Part shown: one piece after another, positions 25,270-34,804 of the stretch
Position numbering within the stretch: the first letter of the stretch is position 1
Layout: every line of letters starts with the position of its first letter
NCBI GenBank assembly: GCA_044229265.1
Contig: JBGATK010000002.1
Span: 15,092-79,091 of the forward strand
DNA length: 64,000 nucleotides
Direction of reading: 5' to 3'
Source: Minisyncoccia bacterium
GTDB lineage: Bacteria; Patescibacteriota; Minisyncoccia; Phycocordibacterales; UBA9973
Position numbers and translations under genes: made by a program
Notes under the pieces: model-generated
Databases searched by the model: none
Seen by the model: the letters and a program-made list of their open reading frames with translations, nothing else
Told to the model about the DNA's origin: nothing

Positions 25270-25776
25270 ATGAAAAAAGTTGTAAAGGTAAATAATATAA
25301 TGCAAAAAGGGTATAAATATTTCCTGACTGAAAAGGTGGGTGAGAATTTCCACCCAGATTTTCGGCCAGACTTGAGTCCAAAAGAAATGCTAGACCTCGG
25401 TATCTTTGGTGGGCTTTATTTTTCTGACAAACCTTCCGAGTATCCAAAGAATTGGTTTAATGGAGGGAAAATTTCGCCGGACAAAAAACGCCACAAAGAG
25501 CTCAACTTTTTTGGCGTGAATGCCAGTCAGCCACTAGCCGTATGGCAGAAGAAGGGTTGGATTCACAAACAGGATCCGCATGGTTGGTTTGAATGGTATT
25601 GTCGCTATTATATGGGGCGAAGGTCAGATGATGATACTCGGCAGATCAAGCGCTGGGGTGCTATGCGCCGGCACGTAATGCAAATCAAAAATAATTGCCG
25701 AAAGGGAGATATTTTTTGTCGGCCTCGTCAAAGGCAAGCACTCCTGCATTGGGCTTATGATTCGAGGAAACTTTAA
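25270..25776 (+). CDS. conserved hypothetical basic Trp-rich protein
   Basis: GWFEWYCRYYMGRRSDDDTRQIKRW segment; no confident family assignment. Confidence 0.4.
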   Translation: MKKVVKVNNIMQKGYKYFLTEKVGENFHPDFRPDLSPKEMLDLGIFGGLYFSDKPSEYPKNWFNGGKISPDKKRHKELNFFGVNASQPLAVWQKKGWIHKQDPHGWFEWYCRYYMGRRSDDDTRQIKRWGAMRRHVMQIKNNCRKGDIFCRPRQRQALLHWAYDSRKL

Positions 25777-25792
25777 CTTATAGAAAATCTTT

Positions 25793-26128
25793 ATGAAAAA
25801 AGTAAATAAGAAAAAAGTTTTTAAATTTAAAAGCAAGGTTGTCGTGTGGGCAGGGGGTAATTACAATGAGGCAAAAAAGGCAGGCGCTTGGCGTATGGCT
25901 TTTTTGCCGAAAGATATTGGCGCAAAAATTTCTGAAATACAAAAAGGTAAAAAGCGTAGAGGCTGGGGCGCTGTGTATGTAAATGCCCGTGTAGGAAAAA
26001 GTATTTGGAAAACTTCTATTTTCCCAGACAAGCGTTCAAGCACATATATATTGCCACTTAAAAAAGAAATCCGTTATGAGGAAAATTTATACGACGACGC
26101 TACTTTTGATTTCATTATTGAAATATAA
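25793..26128 (+). CDS. DUF1905-domain protein
   Basis: VVVWAGGNYNEAKKAGAWRMAFLP...GWGAVYVNARVGKSIWKTSIFPDKRSSTYILPLKKEIR pattern. Confidence 0.5.
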   Translation: MKKVNKKKVFKFKSKVVVWAGGNYNEAKKAGAWRMAFLPKDIGAKISEIQKGKKRRGWGAVYVNARVGKSIWKTSIFPDKRSSTYILPLKKEIRYEENLYDDATFDFIIEI

Positions 26129-26144
26129 AAATATAAATAAAAAA

Positions 26145-26180
26145 AGCCAGCTTATTGGGGTAAACCCATTATGCTGGCTT
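26145..26180. terminator. hairpin between convergent genes
   Basis: agccagc...gctggct stem with internal structured loop. Confidence 0.4.
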
Positions 26181-26288
26181 GAGCAAGTGCTCTACTATCA
26201 AGGTTGAATCTTGTGTGGGAAGATGACTTTATGATTACTTAATTCCACGGCATGCTCTTTTATTTCCGTAGCATCTACATGCCATGTA

Positions 26289-26768
26289 TTATTTTTTTTT
26301 CGTTACCCATAATGCAAAATATAACATTTCTGGATTTTCTCCTTTGCTCATGTATTTGTAAAAAAATACACTTTGTTCATCAGAAAGGAAAAATATTCCG
26401 TCCATTTTTTCTCTGCTGTAGTAGATAGCATGATCGAGGTTTAAGTAAAAATAATCACTGAGAGTCAATACACCTTTTTCTTCCCAAAGGGAATAGGTGG
26501 GATATATTTCTCTTACCCCAGAGAAGTAATGCTCCCCAGATAATATTCGGGGTAAGAAATTTTTAGTCCAACCGGGCTCAAATTCGAGTGAAAGCGATCT
26601 TGCTGTAGGTAATTCAAAAAAGTAGTATATCTCACTTAAAAAAAGTGTATCCTCGTTTTTTTCTGTAGCGAGAGTGTCTTCTCTAATAGTGTAATTCGTA
26701 AATACTTGGCTTTTCCCTTGAATCAAAGTCCAAAGAAAAATCAAAAAAAGTATAAGCATTTTTTTCAT
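26289..26768 (-). CDS. hypothetical secreted protein
   Basis: classic signal peptide MKKMLILFLIFLWTLIQG, 159 aa. Confidence 0.45.
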   Translation of the reverse strand: MKKMLILFLIFLWTLIQGKSQVFTNYTIREDTLATEKNEDTLFLSEIYYFFELPTARSLSLEFEPGWTKNFLPRILSGEHYFSGVREIYPTYSLWEEKGVLTLSDYFYLNLDHAIYYSREKMDGIFFLSDEQSVFFYKYMSKGENPEMLYFALWVTKKK

Positions 26769-26872
26769 ATTTAGTTGTTGAAGGTGAAGAATATTTGCCT
26801 TTAGATTAACACACTAGCTCCAAAAAGCAAATTTCTTTATTTTAGAATTTTTTTGTTATAATACTCTTTTAT

Positions 26873-27553
26873 ATGGCAATAAAATTTTTACAATTAAATA
26901 TCGAGACGAATAAACATTTGGAGCGTATCATACCTTTTCTCGAGAAAGAAAATTTTGACGTTATTTGTTTTCAAGAAATTTACGAGAATGATGCAAAAAT
27001 GTTGGCTGAAAAATTTAACTTACATTTATGTATGGGCAAAGAGCTTTTGTGTAAAGGTGATAGCAAGGCAATATTTTCAAAACACCCATTTGTAAAAACT
27101 ATGGAATACCACCTCTGGCAAGGCGATCATCGTTACCATTTAAAAAATGAATCTTTTTCTTTACTCGAAGCACATATATCAGAGGAAGGCAGAGAATACA
27201 CATTTCTTACTACACATTTACCGGTATCATATCCTGGCAATATTATCGCCGATTATCAATTAGAGTGTTATAAAGCTTTGAAGTCGATTTTAGAAAAAGA
27301 GCAGAATTTACTTTTTACTGGCGACCTAAATTCCCCACGAGGAACTTTTATTTTTGATGATTTAGCGAGTTTTTTGGTGGATAATGTGCCAGTAAATTTA
27401 GATTCTACCTTAGATCCAAATTTACACAGAACAAAAGGTGAATTTAAATACGTAGTAGATGGGGTTTTTTCAAAAGGTGATCATCAGGTATCAGGAATTT
27501 CTATTCATGAAGGTCTTAGTGACCATAAAGCTATATCTGGAAAATTAGAATAA
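26873..27553 (+). CDS. Endonuclease/exonuclease/phosphatase (EEP) family protein
   Basis: LNIETNKHLERIIPFLEKENFDVICFQEI start; C-terminal SDHKAI motif. Confidence 0.7.
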   Translation: MAIKFLQLNIETNKHLERIIPFLEKENFDVICFQEIYENDAKMLAEKFNLHLCMGKELLCKGDSKAIFSKHPFVKTMEYHLWQGDHRYHLKNESFSLLEAHISEEGREYTFLTTHLPVSYPGNIIADYQLECYKALKSILEKEQNLLFTGDLNSPRGTFIFDDLASFLVDNVPVNLDSTLDPNLHRTKGEFKYVVDGVFSKGDHQVSGISIHEGLSDHKAISGKLE

Positions 27554-27634
27554 ACCTATAGATTTATTTGCTTTTTTTGAGAATTGTAGTAATATATTTT
27601 GGAATGTTTTTTCTTTAACCCTTAATCTTTTAAG

Positions 27635-27904
27635 ATGTCAGACAGAAAAATTGATTACGCAAGTCTTGTTTCATCTACAACAAGTATTCCAATTCTAAAA
27701 ACACCCGAAAGTGTAAAACAAACTTTATTAAAAGAAAATCCAGGGATAGAGTTTCCCCAGTTTTCACGATTTTTTATTTCAGATAAAAACGCAGTACCAA
27801 AAGGAGCACAAGTTTTTAAAGATTTGAAGTATATGAATAGAACTTATGATCTTCATTTTGTAAAAAAAGATGAATCTAATAATATTCTATATATTGTGAA
27901 ATAA
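27635..27904 (+). CDS. hypothetical protein
   Basis: 89 aa ORF followed by terminator. Confidence 0.35.
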   Translation: MSDRKIDYASLVSSTTSIPILKTPESVKQTLLKENPGIEFPQFSRFFISDKNAVPKGAQVFKDLKYMNRTYDLHFVKKDESNNILYIVK

Positions 27905-27968
27905 TATTTGCGCGAAGCGACCTGCCCGAAATAGTCGTCGGAGTTAGCGGGGAACTAAGCGTTTATAA

Positions 27969-27996
27969 AGCCGGACTGTTGTTCGGCTTTTTTTAT
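27969..27996 (+). terminator. rho-independent terminator
   Basis: agccg-gactgttgtt-cggct then T8. Confidence 0.6.
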
Positions 27997-28069
27997 TTTA
28001 ATAATTGTTAATTTTTAAAAAAGTTATCCACATATATGTTTGCACATGTATATAATAGGTATATTATTG

Positions 28070-28185
28070 TATATGAGGTTTGGAAGTTTGAAGAGTGGTA
28101 CTGCAAGGGAATACTCTTAATACGCAAGTATTAATAGCACTTGTAAGCCTCACAAAGAATATCCGCGCAAGCGGGTTTTTTTTGT
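28070..28185 (+). ncRNA. candidate structured small RNA with intrinsic terminator (unclassified)
   Basis: intergenic; nested complementary segments (gagg.../...cctc; aagagt.../...actctt; caagt.../...acttg) ending in ccgc-gcaa-gcgg hairpin + T8; no ORF. Confidence 0.3.
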
Positions 28186-28222
28186 TTTAGGGTGTTTTTT
28201 AAAATCTATATTTTAAATTTGT

Positions 28223-28228
28223 TATAAT
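28223..28228 (+). promoter_or_regulatory. -10 TATAAT 7 nt upstream of ATG 28236 (leaderless)
   Basis: TATAAT-tattcac-ATG. Confidence 0.45.
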
Positions 28229-28235
28229 TATTCAC

Positions 28236-29609
28236 ATGACTCAAGATGAGGCACTCAATATTTTAAAAACTGGCGCAAATGTATTCCTTTCTGGCGAGCC
28301 GGGTGCCGGTAAGACATATACTATAAATAAATATGTAGAGTATTTGCGTTCATGTGATGTGGATTACGCTATCACAGCATCTACCGGTATAGCTGCTACT
28401 CATATAAGTGGTATGACTATTCATTCGTGGAGTGGTATAGGTATAAAAGAAATTCTGTCGCCTTACGATTTAGATAAAATAGCTACGAGTGAATATATCG
28501 TGCGTCGCATAAGAAAAACAAAAGTCTTAATTATCGACGAGATATCAATGCTTCGCGCGCAGACTCTCGATATGGTAGATGCAGTTTGCAGAGAAATAAA
28601 ACAAAATAGTGAACCTTTTGGTGGTATGCAAGTCGTATTAGTCGGCGATTTTTTTCAACTTCCGCCAATTAATAAAATAAAAAATGAAAGTCTAGAGAAT
28701 AATCAAAATAAATTGATTGAAGAAAAAGTGGGGAATTTCGCTTTCGAATCTAGAGTTTGGGAAAAGCTAAGTCCAGTCGTATGCTACATTAGTGAACAAC
28801 ACAGGCAGGAGGATAAAGAATTTTTAGAAGTACTTCTTGCTATTCGGCAGAATAATTTTGATATAAAACATCACGAATACATGCAAACTCGTTTTGTAGA
28901 AAAAAATAAATTTCCATCCAATATTACAAAACTTTACACTCATAATCTCGATGTCGACAGGGTTAATAATGATATGCTCGCAAAGATAGAAGGGGAAAGT
29001 GTAAAGTATGAAATGGAATCTTCGGGCACACCAGCATTGTCTACGAATCTAAAAAAAGGTTGCCTCTCGCCTGAAATTTTATATTTAAAAAAGGGAGCAG
29101 TAGTAATGTGCACAAAGAATAATCCTAAAGAGGGTTATGTAAATGGCACGCTCGGCACCGTGGTAGAATTTGATGCTTTTTCAAATAATCCTATTGTTAA
29201 AATTCGTTCAGGTAGAAATATCGAAATTACACCTATGGATTGGAGTATCGAAGACAATGGTAAAATCAAAGCTAAGATTACTCAGATACCACTTCGCCTC
29301 GCATGGGCTATCACTGTCCACAAGAGCCAAGGAATGTCGCTCGACTCTGCTGTTATGGATTTATCCTCTGTTTTCGAATATGGTCAAGGTTATGTAGCTC
29401 TCTCTCGTGTTCGCACTTCGGGTGGTTTGTATTTATTAGGCTTAAATGCACAAGCTCTACGAGTGCATCCAGAAATTTTAGAAAAAGATATCTTCTTTAA
29501 AGAAAATTCAAAAAAAGCGCAAGAAGTTTTTGGAGCTTTAAGTAAAGAAGAGCTTAAAAATATGCACAAGAATTTTATATTAGCTATCGGTGGAAAATCT
29601 AAAATATGA
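28236..29609 (+). CDS. PIF1/RecD-like SF1B DNA helicase
   Basis: Walker A GEPGAGKTYT, Walker B LIIDEISML, LVGDFFQLPPI, ITVHKSQGMSLD motifs. Confidence 0.8.
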   Translation: MTQDEALNILKTGANVFLSGEPGAGKTYTINKYVEYLRSCDVDYAITASTGIAATHISGMTIHSWSGIGIKEILSPYDLDKIATSEYIVRRIRKTKVLIIDEISMLRAQTLDMVDAVCREIKQNSEPFGGMQVVLVGDFFQLPPINKIKNESLENNQNKLIEEKVGNFAFESRVWEKLSPVVCYISEQHRQEDKEFLEVLLAIRQNNFDIKHHEYMQTRFVEKNKFPSNITKLYTHNLDVDRVNNDMLAKIEGESVKYEMESSGTPALSTNLKKGCLSPEILYLKKGAVVMCTKNNPKEGYVNGTLGTVVEFDAFSNNPIVKIRSGRNIEITPMDWSIEDNGKIKAKITQIPLRLAWAITVHKSQGMSLDSAVMDLSSVFEYGQGYVALSRVRTSGGLYLLGLNAQALRVHPEILEKDIFFKENSKKAQEVFGALSKEELKNMHKNFILAIGGKSKI

Positions 29610-29645
29610 ATATAAATAAGAAAATATGTTATAATATATGCATAT

Positions 29646-30047
29646 ATGATTAAAGGATATAAAGGAAAAATTGAAGAGCTTACTTTGGCTAATAATTCAT
29701 TTCGCAAAGTGCTCTATACTGCCGAGCATTCTCAGCTTGTGCTTATGAGCCTTTTACCACTGCAAGATATTGGTTTTGAAGTTCATACTAGTAATGATCA
29801 ATTTTTTCGTTTTGAAAGTGGAACAGGTAAAGTAATAATAAATGAAAGTGAATATGATGTGGAGAGTGGCGATGCAGTGTTGGTGCCACAAGGAGCAAAA
29901 CACAACATCATGAATACTTCAGATACTTTGCCACTCAAACTCTATACAATATACGCTCCAGCTCATCATAAAGATGGAGTGGAAAGAATAACTAAAGAAG
30001 ACGCCATAATGAGTGCTCCAGAATACGACGGAAAAAATACTGAGTAA
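29646..30047 (+). CDS. cupin-domain protein
   Basis: GDAVLVPQGAKHNIMN...LYTIYAP cupin motifs. Confidence 0.6.
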   Translation: MIKGYKGKIEELTLANNSFRKVLYTAEHSQLVLMSLLPLQDIGFEVHTSNDQFFRFESGTGKVIINESEYDVESGDAVLVPQGAKHNIMNTSDTLPLKLYTIYAPAHHKDGVERITKEDAIMSAPEYDGKNTE

Positions 30048-30094
30048 GAAGAATAAATTTATGGAAAAATAAAAAAAATTAGTAAAATAAAAAC

Positions 30095-30544
30095 ATGAAT
30101 ACACAAACATTAAATTTCTCGATTCTTATAAATGCACCAAAAGAAAAGGTGTGGGAAAAAATGCTCTCTGATGAGAGTTACCGCAAGTGGACTAGCGTCT
30201 TTAATCCAACTTCGCATTTTGTAGGTGATTGGAGTGCTGGTTCAAAAATGCTTTTTGTAGGCTCGGATGAGAAGACTGGTAAAGAGGGGGGCATGGTGTC
30301 GCGTATTGCTGAAAATAGAATGCATGAATACATGTCTATTGAGCATTTAGGTTTATTGAACGATGGTGTAGAAGAACTCTGGAGTGAGGAAAAAAATGGT
30401 TTTGAAAATTATACTTTTTTAGATAAGGATGGTGGCACCGAGTTAAAAATAGAAATGACCAATGTACCGACAGAATGGGCCGATATGTTTACTGGCATGT
30501 GGCCAGCGAGTCTGCAAGCTCTAAAAAATATTTGTGAAAAATAA
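30095..30544 (+). CDS. SRPBCC (AHSA1/START-like) domain protein
   Basis: FSILINAPKEKVWEKMLSDESYRKWTSVF N-terminal signature of AHSA1-type SRPBCC. Confidence 0.6.
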   Translation: MNTQTLNFSILINAPKEKVWEKMLSDESYRKWTSVFNPTSHFVGDWSAGSKMLFVGSDEKTGKEGGMVSRIAENRMHEYMSIEHLGLLNDGVEELWSEEKNGFENYTFLDKDGGTELKIEMTNVPTEWADMFTGMWPASLQALKNICEK

Positions 30545-30629
30545 TTTGAAAAGTGATATAATATTTGGTGTCGTTTATTAAATTAATTCTTTCCTGCTAT
30601 GCATAAAGCTACGCAGGACAAGTAAACCT

Positions 30630-31055
30630 ATGTTTGATGTAAATTTAATGGCAATATTGGTTTCTGCAGTTGTAGCTTTTATTATTGGTTTTCTTTTCCA
30701 CGGGCCACTTTTTGGCAAGCTCTGGATGAAGCTCGCAAATATCACTCCGACTGGCAATGAGAAATTTAGCGATATGTATGGGCAAATGTTTTGGAATTTT
30801 GTCGCGAATATTTTGACTGCATGTGTAATAGCAATACTTATAAATGTCGCTGGTAGTTCAGCATTCATGATAGATTATTCAGCAATGTGCGTAGGGCTCA
30901 CTGTCGCATTCTTAGGTTGGCTCGGTTTTGTTTTTACTGGTAGTTCTATGGAAGTAATTTGGATGAAGAAATCTTGGAAGCTTTGGGCATTTGAATGCGT
31001 GAGCTCTCTCGTCATGCTACTTGCCATGGGTGCTATTATCGCTTCTTGGTATTAA
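30630..31055 (+). CDS. DUF1761-family membrane protein
   Basis: MFDVNLMAILVSAVVAFIIGFLFHGPLFGKLWM N-terminus typical of DUF1761; 4 TM. Confidence 0.5.
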   Translation: MFDVNLMAILVSAVVAFIIGFLFHGPLFGKLWMKLANITPTGNEKFSDMYGQMFWNFVANILTACVIAILINVAGSSAFMIDYSAMCVGLTVAFLGWLGFVFTGSSMEVIWMKKSWKLWAFECVSSLVMLLAMGAIIASWY

Positions 31056-31078
31056 AATATTTATGTTATATTACTTTT

Positions 31079-31447
31079 ATGAATAATAAATTAATTTCAA
31101 TTATTATAGGTTTAGTCCTTGTTGTAAGTATGGGCACTTTGGTTTTTTTTAATAAAAAATCATCTTATCAACCCGCAGAAAATACTACGAGTCAAACTGA
31201 TACCAAAATTGCCGGCTTTACTTTAGAGCAAATTACAGCACATAAAGATGCTAGTAGTTGCTGGACTGCTATAAATGGATCAGTATATGACCTGACTAGT
31301 TGGATACCAAAACATCCAGGCGGGTCAGAGGCTATCTTGTGGCTTTGTGGCAAAGATGGAACTGAAGCTTTCAATAAACAGCATGGTGGTAGCAATAAAA
31401 TAGCTAAAGTATTAGGTGGGTTTAAGGTTGGGTTATTAACTCAATAA
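31079..31447 (+). CDS. membrane-anchored cytochrome b5-like heme-binding domain protein
   Basis: N-terminal TM then HPGG motif (IPKHPGGSEAIL); start taken at internal MNNK (ORF-track start 30995 overlaps upstream gene). Confidence 0.6.
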   Translation: MNNKLISIIIGLVLVVSMGTLVFFNKKSSYQPAENTTSQTDTKIAGFTLEQITAHKDASSCWTAINGSVYDLTSWIPKHPGGSEAILWLCGKDGTEAFNKQHGGSNKIAKVLGGFKVGLLTQ

Positions 31448-31452
31448 ATTTT

Positions 31453-31836
31453 ATGAATATCACAAGACAAGAATTCGGTTTGCATTTACTTAGGCTCAGT
31501 TTAGCTGGTGTATTTTTGTATTTTGGTTTTTCACAACTTTTCGATAGCTTAAGTTGGGTAAATGTAGTTCCAGATTGGGCTGTGAATTTGATCAGCTTGC
31601 CTCCAGCATTGATAGTTATGGCAAATGGTGTAATGGAAATAATTTTAGGTAGTTTACTTGCGATGGGATTTTTTGTAAGAATTATTTCCCTTATTTTAGG
31701 ACTCCATCTTATACCCATAGCACTTTCTTTTGGACTTTCACCGACAGCTGTTCGTGACTTAGGTTTAGCTCTTTCTGTATTTGCTTTGTCTTTAATGTAT
31801 ACAAAACAAAATACAAATCTAGAGATAAATAGTTAA
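31453..31836 (+). CDS. DoxX-family membrane protein
   Basis: LRLSLAGVFLYFGFSQL DoxX N-terminal signature, 4 TM. Confidence 0.6.
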   Translation: MNITRQEFGLHLLRLSLAGVFLYFGFSQLFDSLSWVNVVPDWAVNLISLPPALIVMANGVMEIILGSLLAMGFFVRIISLILGLHLIPIALSFGLSPTAVRDLGLALSVFALSLMYTKQNTNLEINS

Positions 31837-31855
31837 TCTAATTAAATAAGAGAAT

Positions 31856-31892
31856 ACAAAATTGTGCGAGGTCTTGCCTCGCACAATTTTGT
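31856..31892 (+). terminator. perfect 16-bp-stem hairpin terminator; same core as 9746-9777
   Basis: acaaaattgtgcgagg-tcttg-cctcgcacaattttgt; 25-nt core identical at both loci. Confidence 0.7.
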
Positions 31893-31956
31893 ATTTTAGA
31901 GAAAGTATTGTAATATAAAAACGATAAAAAAAATCGTTCATTTGTAAAATATAAAT

Positions 31957-32640
31957 TTGTTTGTTATGGAAGAAGTAAAGGATTATGGTAATGCTTGGCC
32001 GAAGTTTTTGAATTTTCATGATTCGATAACTGGCCGAGGTATGTATTTCCGTGTTATTGGAAGAGAAGAAATTCATCGTGATTTTCAAAAATACGATTTA
32101 CGTGCTCCACGAAAATTAACCGGTAGGGAAACAGGATATATTTTTACTGCTCCAAATGGTTATAGTGTAAAAGTCTGGACCACTATTCTCGTAGATCAAA
32201 AACGTCCGCGAGATAAAGGAGAAGATGTCGGCTGGGTAATTATAGTAGATGCACAAAATAATTTAATTTACTCTGCTAGATATTTTAATAGGCCGAAAAA
32301 TGATGATTATACAAAATTCTTTGTGAATTTACTATCTTATGCTTGGATTTCTCGAGAGAAAATTTTATGTCCACCATTTTGTACTCAAGGACATGAAAAT
32401 CCAGTCGAAGCAAAGATAGAAAGAAAAAACGGTAGCAGACAAATGCGTTATGTGTGTCGTGATAAAAAGGCACACCCAATACCAGTATTTTTTTCTTGGG
32501 ACGAACCTATAAAAGACATGCCGATAGCCTTAGCTTTTGTTAAAATAAGGCGTAAAAAAACAGCCCAAAGAAAAAAACAAAATAAGAAAAAAGGAATAGA
32601 CCCAGTTCCTAAAGCAAAAACTCGCCGAACTTGGCGATAA
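31957..32640 (+). CDS. hypothetical protein with Cys cluster and Lys/Arg-rich C-terminal tail
   Basis: 227 aa; CPPFC...YVCRDKKAH possible zinc site; basic tail KIRRKKTAQRKKQNKKKG. Confidence 0.4.
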   Translation: MFVMEEVKDYGNAWPKFLNFHDSITGRGMYFRVIGREEIHRDFQKYDLRAPRKLTGRETGYIFTAPNGYSVKVWTTILVDQKRPRDKGEDVGWVIIVDAQNNLIYSARYFNRPKNDDYTKFFVNLLSYAWISREKILCPPFCTQGHENPVEAKIERKNGSRQMRYVCRDKKAHPIPVFFSWDEPIKDMPIALAFVKIRRKKTAQRKKQNKKKGIDPVPKAKTRRTWR

Positions 32641-32672
32641 AAATATGCCTCTTCATCAGAGGTTGGTTGAAT

Positions 32673-32711
32673 CTCAAAGCAGTTAAACTTAATTTGCTTT
32701 GAGGTTTTTTT
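32673..32711. terminator. hairpin terminator between convergent genes
   Basis: ctcaaagca...tgctttgag stem then T7. Confidence 0.6.
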
Positions 32712-33579
32712 ATTGGCTAAAAGGAAGTTCTACAAAGAATGTAGTACCCTTGTCGCGCCCCTTTGATTTCGCATAAATATTGCCTTTATGACGCAGAATT
32801 ATCTTTTCAGATAGATATAATTTTAAACCCATACCATCAGGATTCATGAGAGTGGATTTTTTTCCACGGAAGAATTTTGCAAAAATTTTATTTCTCTCAA
32901 ACCAAGAAAGTCCTATACCAGTATCAGCCACAAATATTGTAATATTTTTTTTGCCAAGTGTTGCATCTATCAAAACTTTACCATTTGCTGGTGTATACAT
33001 AACAGCATTTTCTACCAGTGTTTCAATAACAAAAGTTATTTTTTTAAGATCCATAGTGAGTAGTGGTATGTCTTTAAAACTAGATATTTGGAAATCTAAA
33101 CTCTTTTTATTTATGGCTTCACGATATTTACTCATAACATTTTCTACAATACTGCGTACACTGGTTGCTTTGAAATCATAACTTTTTGTATCTTTTATGT
33201 CTTTGATGCCAGCAATCATATCCACCAAGTCCAATACTTTTGACACGGCATTATTTATTTTTTGTAGGTACGTCAAGCGTTCGTTTTGAGGAATATCTTT
33301 TTCCATTTCTTTAGTAAACCAAAGTACACTAGTAAGTGGCGTGCGAAAAGTATGATTCACAATAGAAGTAAATTCGTATTCAGTTCTATGTACTTTCATT
33401 TGCAGGGCTGTATACCTTGCTATAAGTAATACAACTCCGAGGAATGTAATCATAGGAATAAATAATTTAGGTAAATTAAGAAGATAGGTGATTTTTATAT
33501 TGTATAGTGCTAAGTAAAAAATCCCGAAAACATACAATACCCAAAATGTGATTTTAACTATTTGCCAAATTTTTTTCAT
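32710..33579 (-). CDS. Sensor histidine kinase (2 TM + HisKA + HATPase_c), no cognate response regulator nearby
   Basis: H-box TSIVNHTFRTPLTSV; G-box VADTGIGLS; 289 aa. Confidence 0.8.
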   Translation of the reverse strand: MKKIWQIVKITFWVLYVFGIFYLALYNIKITYLLNLPKLFIPMITFLGVVLLIARYTALQMKVHRTEYEFTSIVNHTFRTPLTSVLWFTKEMEKDIPQNERLTYLQKINNAVSKVLDLVDMIAGIKDIKDTKSYDFKATSVRSIVENVMSKYREAINKKSLDFQISSFKDIPLLTMDLKKITFVIETLVENAVMYTPANGKVLIDATLGKKNITIFVADTGIGLSWFERNKIFAKFFRGKKSTLMNPDGMGLKLYLSEKIILRHKGNIYAKSKGRDKGTTFFVELPFSQ

Positions 33580-33635
33580 GGCTATAGTATAACATTTTCA
33601 TTACTTTTGTTGCTAGTATTTTCACTTATTTCTGT

Positions 33636-33641
33636 TATAAT
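33636..33641 (+). promoter_or_regulatory. -10 TATAAT 6 nt upstream of ATG 33648 (leaderless)
   Basis: TATAAT-aaaaat-ATG. Confidence 0.4.
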
Positions 33642-33647
33642 AAAAAT

Positions 33648-34478
33648 ATGAAAAAATTTATCCAGAATTTTAAAGATAGTTTACTTAATAAAGAATTTTA
33701 TCAAAATTTAATCAAACACGAAGAATCCACAGGATTTTCTTATTTATTTAAATTGGCTATTTTGTCTGCTTTTGTTCTGTGTATATACATGATTTGTTTC
33801 GTGTATTTTTTTAATCTTGATAATAAAATTAGAAATCAAATCACACAGATTTTACCGCCTGACTTGGTGCTCACTATAGATAAAAATGGTGAATTGTCTG
33901 TAAATAAACCAGTTCCTTATGTAATACCAACCCCAGATTTTTTAATCGATGAAAATAATAAAGAGAAAGAAAGAAAGAATTTCATAACTATTTACCCAGA
34001 AAAAGATCCTAATAGTGTAGAATTCAAAACATATGACACTATGATATTTGTATCCAAAGATCGTTTTTTTGTGGAAAGAGATATCAATGGAGAAATTCGC
34101 AGTTATCCTTTAAAAGATTGGAGTGGGGTTACTATCTCTAGAGCTGAGGTTTTATCTGTTTTCGATACTCTTTATAACAGAGGTTGGATTATAATCTTGC
34201 TCGGCATGATTCCTTTTACTATAGTATACATGTTTATATCTTTCTTTATTTCTGTAATTTCTGGTTTTATTTTGTTTTTATTATTCAGAAAATCTTTGAC
34301 TTACAAAAAAGCTTTATTAGTAGCAATACATGCATTTACTATTTCTTTTGTATTTAATATATTGATTAGCATTTTAAAACCAGCTCAAAGTTTCTTTTGG
34401 TGGCAAGTTCTAATTACTGTGATTGCAGGGTATTATTTTATCGGTAATAAACATAGTGGCGATGTAGTTCAAAGTTAA
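33648..34478 (+). CDS. DUF1189-like polytopic membrane protein
   Basis: N-terminal MKKFIQNFKDSLLNKEFYQNLIKHEESTGFSYLFKLAIL resembles DUF1189 start; several TM helices; tentative. Confidence 0.35.
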   Translation: MKKFIQNFKDSLLNKEFYQNLIKHEESTGFSYLFKLAILSAFVLCIYMICFVYFFNLDNKIRNQITQILPPDLVLTIDKNGELSVNKPVPYVIPTPDFLIDENNKEKERKNFITIYPEKDPNSVEFKTYDTMIFVSKDRFFVERDINGEIRSYPLKDWSGVTISRAEVLSVFDTLYNRGWIIILLGMIPFTIVYMFISFFISVISGFILFLLFRKSLTYKKALLVAIHAFTISFVFNILISILKPAQSFFWWQVLITVIAGYYFIGNKHSGDVVQS

Positions 34479-34560
34479 GGGTATTGTAAATATCAATACA
34501 AGTGTTGTATAATACAAATATTAATCCTAAACGACTTCGGTCGTAAAATAAAATAAAATT

Positions 34561-34752
34561 ATGGCAGATTTAAAAGCTTTGTGTATGAAATGTAGAGACG
34601 GCGCAAATAAGCCGACAATGCAAACTATGACTAAACCTGTAGTTACTAAAAATGATAAAGGTAGATATTCAGCAAAAGGTATTTGTGAAAAGTGTGGAGG
34701 AAATATGTTCAAATTCCTATCTCAAGCAGATGCAGAAGCGATGATGAAATAA
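34561..34752 (+). CDS. small Zn-ribbon protein (CxxC...CxxC)
   Basis: 63 aa with CMKC and CEKCGG pairs; followed by strong terminator. Confidence 0.45.
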   Translation: MADLKALCMKCRDGANKPTMQTMTKPVVTKNDKGRYSAKGICEKCGGNMFKFLSQADAEAMMK

Positions 34753-34764
34753 GAATTATTAATA

Positions 34765-34803
34765 AAAAAACTCTCAACCTTTAGGTTGAGAGTTTTTTTA
34801 TAT
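34765..34803. terminator. bidirectional rho-independent terminator
   Basis: aactctcaacc-ttta-ggttgagagtt flanked by A/T runs. Confidence 0.75.
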
Positions 34804-34804
34804 G

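Noticed and set aside
27905-27960. GC-rich segment cgcgaagcgacctgcccgaaatagtcgtcggagttagcgggg, possibly a 4th member of the CCGACG/CGTCGGGG palindrome family
   Set aside because: similarity is limited to short GTCGTCGG/GCGGGG pieces and no clean inverted repeat is evident; left as uncertain
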